Source of the DNA: Macrostomum lignano
Lineage: Eukaryota
Direction: 5' to 3'
Assembly: GCA_002269645.1 (NCBI GenBank)
Contig: NIVC01001044.1
Span: 101,052 to 155,645 of the forward strand
DNA: 54,594 bases
The stretch's first letter is position 1; each line of letters opens with the position of its first letter. The translations under genes and the position numbers were made by a program. The notes under the pieces are model-generated. The model was given only the letters and a program-made list of their open reading frames with translations. It was not told where the DNA came from and did no database searches. This document shows positions 33,263 through 44,232 of this stretch, one piece after another.

Positions 33263-34338
33263 TTACTGACTCCGAAATCGCACGGCCAGCTTTCCGTCCT
33301 TGGGCAGCAGCACGTTGGCTTTGAACCAGCCGACGAAGTTGCCAGGCGGTCGGTAGCGAGCCACAACGTACACCCGGCCAGTCTTGGACACGGCGCGGCC
33401 GAATCCCACGCGCTGGGAGTTTTTCCACACAACCTGAGAAAAGTGACCTGCGGGTTAATAAGCAAGGTGCAAAGTGTTCTCATTTCATTTTCGCACTTTC
33501 TTTTGTCTCTTGGCACGAAAAGCATTTTCTCTCACCTGTAATGTAATTGCCTCCGTTGTTATTCTTACCTGGAATGCAAAGGAAATTTCTATACATTGTA
33601 TACAAGTTACAATTTGTTTTATTTACGAGTAAAAAGATGCAAAAAAGAACGCAAGACAAGCTCACCAAGTTCGGTGCCCGGGAACCGGTAGTGCTGAGCT
33701 TCATAGTACCACATGTTGACAAAATCCGTAGCTGGGGGGGTTAAAATGAAGAAATTTACTTAGTTTTACGAAGTTATTCTACAAAAACTGCCTATTTTTT
33801 AATACGTCCCCACTAGTGAGATTTTAAACTCCCACCGACATTGTCCAGTTACTCACTGAGCTGAGGTGTCACCTGAATAAAGGTAGTAGAAAAACTCACC
33901 AGGAAAGTTGCAGTGGCCGGAGTTCCACTTCCACGCCAGGTTCTCTCCGTCCAAAGTCTGCCGCTCGTGGTACATGCTGTTTTTGGATGCCAGGGTGTCA
34001 GCCCAGTACTGCGCTCGCTTGGCCATGATTGAGCAGTACTTTAGAGGCGGCGCGCTGTGATGGGCCCGGTAGTAGTTGTGCGAGTCCAGCATCAGCTGGT
34101 CGAAGGGTCTCAGCTGGACTGCGGGTGGAGGCTGGGGCTGCGTCACCAGCTTCACCTGACCGCTGGCTGCTTTGTTGGATGCATCTTGGGCAGCAGCAGG
34201 TTTGTTATTGTTGTTGTTTTTGTCAGCGGCTGTTGAATTGCTTGTCGCTGGCTTCGATCCAGAGTTGTTGGTCTTGGTGACAGCTTTCACTCCTGTGCTG
34301 CCGTTGGCTGGCTGTTTGGGCTTGCTGGATTGGTTCAT
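33263..34338 (-). CDS. CAP/SCP protein C (GAPR-1/VAL group 2-like), no signal peptide
   Basis: Exons 34338-33900, 33731-33666, 33568-33536 (33 nt) and 33447-33263, all phase 1. Motifs LDSHNYYRAHH, AQYWAD, MYHE, GENLAW, WYYE, TGHFSQVVWK, YVVARYRPPGN. Confidence 0.9.
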
Positions 34339-34976
34339 TGTGGTCTCTGTGCACCTGGTACTGACTCTGAGCTCAGCAGTGAGAAAATCAATCGCAAATA
34401 AAAATTTGTTTATTATATCAACACAGCTTGCACTGCCAACACAAAGGGGCTCCCCATGCATTAAGTCATGACTGCTTTTCAAGCTCTCTGATTGGCTGCC
34501 AAAGTCTAACCCGGGGGGGGGGAGTAGGCAACTTGCTTATCATTTTTACTCCATTGCTAAATGTGACCAATCGTTTCGTTTTTGCAGACTGCTCTCCAAC
34601 ACTGCTTATCTCGTGCAGTGTAGCATAAGTCGGTGAGTCGGTGACAATGTAGGAGAGAAGTACTATGAGCTCAAACTAATTTAATAGTTTCGTAAACATG
34701 GTAAATCGTCTCTGTAAATACTCAGCCTCAGTGAGCAGTGCCTTTCGACTACGGTCTGTCACCTGGCAATTAATTTTGATATTAACAAATTGAGAAAAAC
34801 AATGAAAACCAGGCGGCAGCTTCAATCCATCCAATCTTCGCCCCCTCCACTCTTCCCAATCCCTCCGTACCCAGCCCAACCCTGCGTCGCGTGACGCAAG
34901 TTGCGTCCCTCAAAAGTCAAGACTGAGCTGGAATTTACTGCGCAGTCTCAAAGGTGGCGGTTTTTTAATTTTGTTG

Positions 34977-35080
34977 TCCAGTTACTCACCGAGCTGAGGT
35001 GTCACCTGAATAAAGGTAGTAGAAAAACTCACCAGGAAAGTTGCAGTGGCCGGAGTTCCACTTCCACGCCAGGTTCTCTC
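34977..35080 (-). repeat. Local duplication (about 110 bp) of the CAP-C exon 1/intron 1 junction
   Basis: Matches 33841-33950 apart from one substitution (ACTCACCGAG vs ACTCACTGAG). Confidence 0.9.
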
Positions 35081-35460
35081 CGTTCTCTCCGTATATTTAT
35101 AAAATTAAACAAATTAATGCCTGGCAGTTTTCAGTAGCATTTTTCACGTACATTCGCATGCAGTTTACAACAAGCAAAAAACAATTCTGGCACACTTTTA
35201 GTATATTTATGATAACAATATAACACAGGCGTTTGAATGAAACAAAGCATTATAACAATTTTAGCTTCGATATAAAAGTACACGGTTGAATTGGAAAGAC
35301 ATTCTGCTTTTCATTTAACTGTTAGAGTTTTAAATAAAGGGCAGCGATGCGAACCAACCATTAAATAGCGAATACACAGAAGAAAAGTACAAAAGAAAAT
35401 AGACAGAAATCTACTACAGTACGTTTTTGATTAATTTCTTGGGGACTTCAGAAGTGACAA

Positions 35461-38400
35461 TTACGCTTTGCCCGCCTTTGACGCGTTCACCGCTTTTGAT
35501 AAGTCCACGCCGATCCACTTGAGCAGTTGGAAGTAGCTGAACTCGAAAGCCCGCGTCACGGACAGGTAGCGCTCCTGGCCGGCCTTCTCTACGCGCAGCG
35601 AGCGCTGGAATCGGCGCCTGGCGAGCTCGGCGGCGCGCACTGCGGCCAGCTCTTCTGCGAGACGGCGCGCCTCTTCTAGCGCCTTCTTGGCCTCCGCCTC
35701 CTGGCGTAGCCTGTCGGTAGTTGACCATGTTGGCAATAAGGTTTTTCATTTAGGTTGCTCACTGTTGGCAATGGGGTTTGCCACTCGGGTTGCTCACTGT
35801 TGGCAATGGGGTTTGCCACTCGGGTTGCTCACTGTTGGCAATGGGGTTTGCCACTCGGGTTGCTCACTGTTGGCAATCGGGTTTGTCACTGAGGTTGCTC
35901 ACTGTTGGCAATGGGGTTTGCCACTCGGGTTGCTCACTGTTGGCAATGGGGTTTGCCACTCGGGTTGCTCACTGTTGGCAATGGGGTTTGCCACTCGGGT
36001 TGCTCACTGTTGGCAATCGGGTTTGTCACTGAGGTTGCTCACTGTTGGCAATGGGGTTTGCCACTCGGGTTGCTCACTGTTGGCAATGGGGTTTGCCACT
36101 CGGGTTGCTCACTGTTGGCAATGGGGTTTGCCACTCGGGTTGCTCACTGTTGGCAATGGGGTTTGCCACTCGGGTTGCTCACTGTTGGCAATGGGGTTTG
36201 TCACTGAGGTTGCTCACTGTTGGCAATGGGGTTTGCCACTCGGGTTGCTCACTGTTGGCAATGGGGTTTGCCACTCGGGTTGCTCACTGTTGGCAATGGG
36301 GTTTGCCACTCGGGTTGCTCACTGTTGGCAATGGGGTTTGCCACTCGGGTTGCTCACTGTTGGCAATGGGGTTTGCCACTCGGGTTGCTCACTGTTGGCA
36401 ATGGGGTTTGTCACTGAGGTTGCTCACTGTTGGCAATGGGGTTTGCCACTCGGGTTGCTCACTGTTGGCAATGGGGTTTGCCACTCGGGTTGCTCACTGT
36501 TGGCAATGGGGTTTGCCACTCGGGTTGCTCACTGTTGGCAATGGGGTTTGTCACTGAGGTTGCTCACTGTTGGCAATGGGGTTTGTCACTGAGGTTGCTC
36601 ACTGTTAGCAATGGGGTTTGTCACTGAGTTTGCTCACTGTTGGCAATGGGTTTCTGTGTGAAACTCTCTAGATCCAGTTACGTGATTTGAGTTGTGTGAA
36701 ATTTGTTATTAGATGTTTTCACTTCAACATTTCTGTGCGTGTTTTATTAACTTCGTACCGCTCCTCCTCCTCCTCGCGACGGCGCTGCTCTTCCTCCTCG
36801 GCCTTGCGCCTCAGGTACTCCAGCCTCTCCTGCTCCTCCATCTCCGCTAGACGGGCCTCCTCTTCCTGGCGGAGGCGCTCTTCTTCTTCTTGTCTCAGCA
36901 TCTCTTCGTCTGTGGATTGTGTTTTATTTTTCACGGGAAGATGCATTACCGACTGTGATTTGAGGGTTGTAGGTTAACTCTATCAGTATAAACAGGTACG
37001 AGTATAAACAAGCAGCTCACATCGCCGTCTTTCCTCTTCTTCCTCCTTCAAGCGGCGAGCTTCCTGCAATTTGCGCATGAAATTCTCCCGCTCCCGCTGC
37101 TCGCGGTCCTTCGCCAGCCGCTCGCGCCGCTCCGCCGCTTCCGCCTCCGCTTCTGCGCGCTCGCGCGCCTCCCGCTCGAGTCGGCGCCGTTCCCGCACCT
37201 CCTCCTCTTTGCGCAGCCTCTCGGCCTCCATCTCCTGCTCCATTTGGGCTTGGCGCTCCGCCGCCTCCTGATCGCGGCGTCGTTTTTCTGCAGCTTCGCT
37301 TCGGCGCCGCTCAGTTTCCCGCCGACGCCGCTCTGCATCAGCTCGACGCCGCAGTTCGCGCTGCTCTTTAACGCTCATGCGGCGCATCTGCTCCTGCAGC
37401 TGGCGCTCGAACTCGGCTTCGACCTCATCGTCACCGCCCACATCAGTGCCAGGCGGGAATAGACTGCTGCTGTTGCCTGCTGCGCTGGCATCGTCATCGG
37501 CGGCCATCATGGTTGTGGGGTCGCGATTCGCACCTGAGAGAGGATTAATTCAAGTGAAAGTTTGACATTTTCAATAACGTGCACATAGCAAAATTATTAA
37601 AAAGTGGCTAAATAGTGGTAATTTTTTCTCAGACGTTCCGTAAGAGTTACAGGGAGATTTTTTACGCAACGAATTCTCAGAGACTTTCGAAAAGCTTTAA
37701 ATTGGCTCATCGAACCAACTTTACTTTGAGATGTAACGATTCGAACATGCTCACCATCTTCGTCTGAAAAGTACTCTTCAACTCTAACGAAGCTCATCTC
37801 TTCCTCCGGACGCGCCTCAGCCTCCACTTCTTGTTGAACAGGGCCCTCGGCGATGGACTCTTTCTGACTGGCAGCGGCAGCGGCCGCGGCGGCAGCTTTC
37901 TTGCCTGCGGCCTTCTTCTTGCCAGTCTTCTTGTCCTCCGATACTTTGGGCGCCTCAGCCGCCGCAGCTGGCGCTTGTTTTGCTGGCTTCTTCTTAGACG
38001 GCTTGAGTCGGCGGGTCTTGGCATCGGCCTTTCTGCCAGGCTCTGCAGCTGCTTCCGCGGCTGCTGGTGATTGGAAATGTTCGAGTTGCCATGTTGCGTT
38101 TTCAGTACAGAAATGCTCAAACTAGAAAGGTATCCCGCGATTTTCCAGCTCACCAGCCCTGACTAAGTTCGACGGTATCCGCGGCAGAGTTAGTTCCTCT
38201 ACGTTTGATGCTGAAGAGAATTCATGAAGATATTGGGCAGAGGTGCTCTCAAAAGCGGAAATTTGGTATAAATAAATATAAGGCGGACTTACCTTCGCGG
38301 CTAACGCCTCCAGTGAAGACTGACTGTACGCTGTCTTTGTGCACGACTCGGGCTAAAATTAGACAGCATTCGGTTTTTAAGGATACTGTGGAGTGAATTC

Positions 38401-41400
38401 AAAGGATACACTCGTATTTATCCCATTAGCTCAAATCAAGGATAGTTCTCGTGTCTGTCCCCAAAATACGGAATCAGAGTCAAGCAAAATAGATAAGCTT
38501 GCACTCACGAACTCTAAAGGCTTCTTTTGGCTTGGCCTGCTTCTCAGATTTTTCGCCGCCAGAAGTTTTCTGCTCCTGCTGCTGACTAGGACTGTCCGCC
38601 AGCGGAGACAGCTGCGACTGACTGGCTGTGGCTTGCATCTGCGTCAGCGCCGCCTCGGGATCGGCCTGGGCGTCGGCCATCGCCTGCTGCACCAGCCGCT
38701 CCTTGGTGCTGATCACCCGGCGCCCGGTCTGCGGGTCGATCACCACTACCAGATCGGTCGGCTGCAGGCCGCTCGAGCCGGGAGCGGCCAGCATCTCTAA
38801 AATTTCGTCTGGCATCTCAATGTCTTCGTTGGCACCGGAGTCCGATGCGTCCGTGTCGCCAGCAGTCTTGGTAACTGCAATCGTGTAAATTTTTTTCATC
38901 CACATAAAAAAGCGGTGACTACGAAATGCCAATCTAATGTGACTGAAGTAAAACTCACTGGCCGATATCAGGGCCGTCTTGATGGCATCTTTGAATTCGG
39001 CCTCCTCTTCTTGAGCTCTCAGCTCCTCATCAGCCTCCGCTTCCTCGTCATAGGCCTCATCATCGCCATCCTCTTCAGTTAGGCTACCGAGCTCCCGCTC
39101 CTCGCCAGCACCCGATGCGTCGCCGGCAGCCGCCTCCGAGGCTTTTCCATGGGAGTCGTCTTCCGGAACCTGACCGCCAACGCCAACGCCGTCGACTCCG
39201 CTACCGAGCGTCGCCTTTTCGGTGGCGGTTGCCGCAGCGGCAGCGGCCGCGGCAGCTTCTCGGGCCCGACGACTTTGTCGGATGGCCGCGGCGTTGCCGG
39301 CCTGTCCGCCTCCGGCGCGGCGTCGCTTCTGAGACGGGATGCTGATGGCCCGCTGCGTCATGAGGTCCGCAATGGCATTCTGCAAAGTTGTTTCAGGCGT
39401 TTGAGGACCCGATGAGATTTGGGATTTGGTGGCATTCAGGTGGATGGACTCGATGAGAGTCCGAGCATCGAGTGCAGTTTGGCACGAACCTTAAGTACCT
39501 TAAGTAGAATTATTTAAGTAATCCTATTTTTTCCGGATTTTTTGTTGCGAAAGTGAAAACTGAAGCTTAATGCTCATACAAAATAAGATTGGAAAGATAG
39601 AAGAAATTGAAGCAGTTAGTTTACTTAAAAATAAAACACCAACCTTGAATGAAAACTCCTGAAACAGAAAAACAAAAGTGCAGTTTTCTATTGCAACTAA
39701 AAGGATAATTAGTGAACGCAACAAAATATACAGTGACAGACAGGTGGACAAGACAAGACGTGCGCAAAGAGGAACTAAAAGCAATATAGAGCCAGATGCA
39801 GCAGCAGTTACGCACTGGCTGCATTCTATTATCAGCTTTTCGGCGAAACTGCTGACGTAGATTTCGCTGCCACAATCGGTAGGCAACCTGAATGAAAATG
39901 GTTCAGATTCATATTTATGAAAGTCTTGAAATTGGCGACGGTAATTTTCACTAAAGTGTTATCTCTACTAGCATACTACTTACCCAATTTTTGTCATGTA
40001 AAATTAGAAATCAAATAGAAAAAGCACCGGTTAAAGTACAACTTAGGACCGATTCTCACCTGCACATCCTCTGCGATATCCTGCCCGGCCCTCTGGTTCT
40101 TGAGAACATTCTCGGCAACGTCCTCGGCGTGCTGGGTCAGCACCGACATGAGCTGGTCCTGACTCAACGCCGCCACGTCGATTTGCTCCCCACCTGCATG
40201 GGCGTGAAATAGTGAAATAAAAAATTTGCATTTCGTCTACTTGTAGTAGCTGATGTTGCTAATCACTCTATTGCTTCTATGTTATAGCGGCAAAATAGTC
40301 AGCGCTGTACTTTTGATCTACAAATCAAAAAGCTATGAATGCCGTTATTGTTTTCTGACGAATGGAAATCAAATCAAATTTCCATTTAAAAACAAACGCA
40401 AAATCAGACCAATCATACACAATAGTCAGTCGCTGACAATCTGCCAAAAAATGGGATGAGACATGAATAGCTGTCAGCTTCAAGCTTCTACTAATCTACA
40501 AAAATGCGAAAACAAAGCCACTGCACTGTTCAATAGAAGCGCGTGAATCAAGGTTAAGTCGCTGTTATACGCTTCTATGCTATTCTATGCTTTGCCATGT
40601 CTGCTTTGTGCGCGGCAATGCGGCACTTACGAGTATGCTAAGACACATAAGACACAGGTTAGATAGTAGAAGCTGTGAACTCTCCATACTAGTAAATTCG
40701 TAAGCTTTGTAATGTTAGAACTTCAGCAGCCAATCGTGGGCCGCGTTGAGGGAAGAAAACTTCGGCAGGCGAGCCTTAGTGTACATTAGGGCTTAATTTG
40801 GGCGCACGCCGCTGGTGCATGCTTATCGATCCTGGCCTTACCCGGGCCAGCGTGCGCTGGGGCAATCAACCCCTTGCCCCCAAGCTGCAGGTCCTGCCCC
40901 TCCTCATCCGCCTGCCCCGCCGCCTCAGCCTCGTCTCTCTCCGATTGGAGGGTTCGCGGGCTCGGCGGTGAGGAGGCTCTTGAGGGACCGTCCGACAGCG
41001 GGCCGTCCGCTGCCTTGTGCGCCACAAGGAACTCGGTGGCATCGAAGTCGCCTCCTTTCAGGTTGAACTCTGTGCGTGATTCATCCGGAGTCAATATATA
41101 AGGTGTAACTGATTATTATTTGGTATGTAGTACTCTCAATATGAGTCGTAACTTTTAATAAGTAATTAATAAGTGGTGGTAGGCACACTCGGTGTTAAGT
41201 AAAACTAGTTGGTGTGAGCTCCTTTTCGACTCCAATTCAAGCAAGCCTTCAAATCAGGTAACAAAAGTAAATGGCTTTGATGATGGTGCGAACGGCTGTT
41301 TTACTCAGAGTTTGACAATAACTCGCTTGAATCCTGATTACTACAAAATTCTTAATAATTGTCTCAATACTGCAGTTAATACTGTTAGATGTTCACTCAA

Positions 41401-44175
41401 CAACGGCATATACATTTATTATATGTAGGTTCACACCAACATGTTGTGCTTGAATGATATAAAGGAATGAAGGAATGAAGTAAAGGTTGTTCATGACATT
41501 TGAGCTCCGAGTTCCTACCTCGCTTTACAGGCGATCGCGCTCTCAGGTTTCTTGCATCTGCAAGGTTGAAAATGAATCCAATAGGTGAAAAACAGGTAAA
41601 ACATGACCAATGCGAGTCAATAGACAGGCTGGGAGTTTAGCCAACAGAAGTAGAATTTGAGTTTGCTCACCCTGACGCGTTTTCCGTGTTTTCAGGCGAA
41701 CGCTTGCCAGATCGTTTGAATCGGTGGAGGCGTCCTCTGTAATTGCAAGTTTGCGAGAAATAGCAATAGCGACAGGTAAGCAGCGACAGGTACGCTTTCG
41801 CATACAGCAAAGAAAGCATTTGCGATAGCATTCAGATGCATTTTTCATAGAAAAGTTTTGCTTGGCAGTAAAAGTACTAAAACGTAAGACTAAGCATCAG
41901 TGCATGCTCCTTGCAACTCTGCACTCGATTTACACCCAAAAAAGATCAAACTCCTCATAAGACTTTCTGATTTTCGAGTAAGAGAGCTCTGCTTGACTTT
42001 GCTTTTTCGAGTTTTCAAGCAAATCACGCAGGAGCGCCGTTCTGCAGAAGCAAACCAAACAGAAGAGTCTTCCTCAGCCTCCTTCAGCCTCTCTATCGTG
42101 CAGCTTCATCAATGCTCCGATTGGCTTCTTGTGTGTGTTCAAGAAGTCTACCATCGCCCTTTCCCTTCTCGTGAGAACCTGTTCTCAATGTTTGCCGCCG
42201 GTAAACACACCTGTCCCGTGGCTTAATTCACTTCAGAAAGATTCCTCGGCATTAACAAACTTTTTACTTGTCGTTAATAACGCGATTTGCTAAGCTACCG
42301 TGCGGGCGCATCGACTGAATTGAATAATGGAAGCAATCGATGAATATTAAAATAATAAAACAAAGCGCAGGACAGGAGAGCCAACAAGTCAACAGCGAAA
42401 TTTGTTTCAATATGCAATACAGCATCCAGCAAAGCGGTTTTCGCCATGACAGGAATGATCAACTCACAGACTCAAGGAGCCTCTCAGCTCAGCCTAAATT
42501 CTGATTGCTGAGATTGTATAGTGGGCCACTTTATCCATGCTAAAAAAGGAAGGAAAGAAGAAAAATAACGCAGTTGGGAAGGAAATCCCTTTGCGGACTG
42601 ATCAGTCTGAGGGGGAGGTGGATGGCGCCACAGGGCCTTGGCGCGCGTGCCGTAACCAGGAAGATGGGGAAGGGATGCTGAAAGGGGCGCACTCTTAGTG
42701 ACTGGGTTTGTGAGATTAAACTGCTTATACATACGGCTAGCAACACACTTGACAATAGTGCTTAGGGGGAGGTGAACCGTAATCTTTTATCCCGGTTTTT
42801 TAATCCCTTCGTCCTTCTTATTTGCCGGCTTTTTGTTGCAGCGCTACAGCGTGCTGAATCCTGTATTTTAAGTCCGTCAAATATATTAAATTCATATGCG
42901 ACGGCTGATTGACAGTGTTTTAGGACGGTTGATATAATGTGTTGAGCGACACTAACGTAAGAGTGCAACCACACTTTCCAGAAGATTCAGAAGGATCGAT
43001 TTCAACTAAGAGCACCGGCTTCTTTTTTGTAGATTTGAAGAAAAAAGAAGCGTTTCAACCGCTCCCCTTCTCTTTGCACTGCCCCTTTTGTTCTTCAACT
43101 TTGACTGACCCTTGCGGTCAAACTTAGCTGCAGTGGAAGTGCTCCCGTGTCATGAGGGGATGGGCAGAAAGACCGAAAACTGGAAAAGAGGACAAAGGGA
43201 CCGTGCCGAGAGAGTGAAGGTGTAATCAAGTCGTTTCATGCATATTTGATGCCTGGAAGGAGAACGGGAATTCTACACGCCCAATGACGTCCGATAGCCA
43301 TCACCGCTTGGCTCTTGTATGGTATTTTACAGCTGGAACATTAACATGAGATTGTCCCTCAAATTCTATTTACTATATTAATGCCTGCGCGGCGCCAATG
43401 GAGCAGCAGTCGTAGAGCCTAGAAGATGCTTAAAAATAGAAAATTTTATCTATGAGCAGAAATCTATGCGTATATTGAGACGCATTCGTGCTCACCCAGT
43501 CCGTGGATGAAATATAGGCTAGTGAGCACAGATGCAGAGTGAGAGAAATAGACTGAAACAGACAATTAAAAAAATTATTCCGCACTATAAGAAGCCGCTG
43601 GGAGTCCGCAAAGCCTAAGCATGGCTCTGTGCCATCGCTGTCTCGGAGCACTGAAAGAGAGGCAGCAGGGTGGCGGTAGGGCCGCTGTGTATGGTAGAGA
43701 GGCTGGACAATCGGAAAAAAAGATAAACATGGCTGCAAAAGGTACAACAGTTGAAAGGAAACAGGTCTGTGTTGCTCAGGCGCACACCTGGTCAAAGGTA
43801 AAGCAGAAGAAAGGGCTTATGTGAAGCTCTTGTACAGAAGAAGATTCGAATTTTTTTTGGAGACTATGGAGGCGGTAAAACACCCCGCAGCGCTCGCCTT
43901 AGCAACTCTCAGCTACTCTATCTACTCATATACGCTATAGATAGAGCATTGGCGGCATGCACAGTGCATTTAGAACCCACCATCGGCAGTTGAGACTCGC
44001 GATTCCGGCTCTGTTCCAAGGAACAAATCCGCCGTTTTCGGCTGAACACCTCGACCAGAGTCTGAGAAAGAATGTTGGTTTCGGTTAGGTTACACTTTGA
44101 CGTCGAAAGTGATTCCATAAGTTGTAGTTACGAATACTTTTAGATAAAAGCATACCTGCTTTCTGCTGCTGCTCT

Positions 44176-44232
<57 letters not shown>

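Noticed and set aside
33857-33872. 16-nt micro-exon in CAP-C intron 1 (ttattcag|GTGACACCTCAGCTCA|gtgagt)
   Set aside because: It would leave a 27-nt upstream intron and shift the reading frame.
35687-36627. Plus-strand ORFs with CWQWG/GNGVCH repeats
   Set aside because: They arise from a 35-bp minisatellite inside an intron of the minus-strand gene.
41540-42230. Additional KIAA2012-like exons in the 3.3-kb intron
   Set aside because: Candidate frames contain stops, and the 44412 donor already joins the 41069 acceptor in phase.
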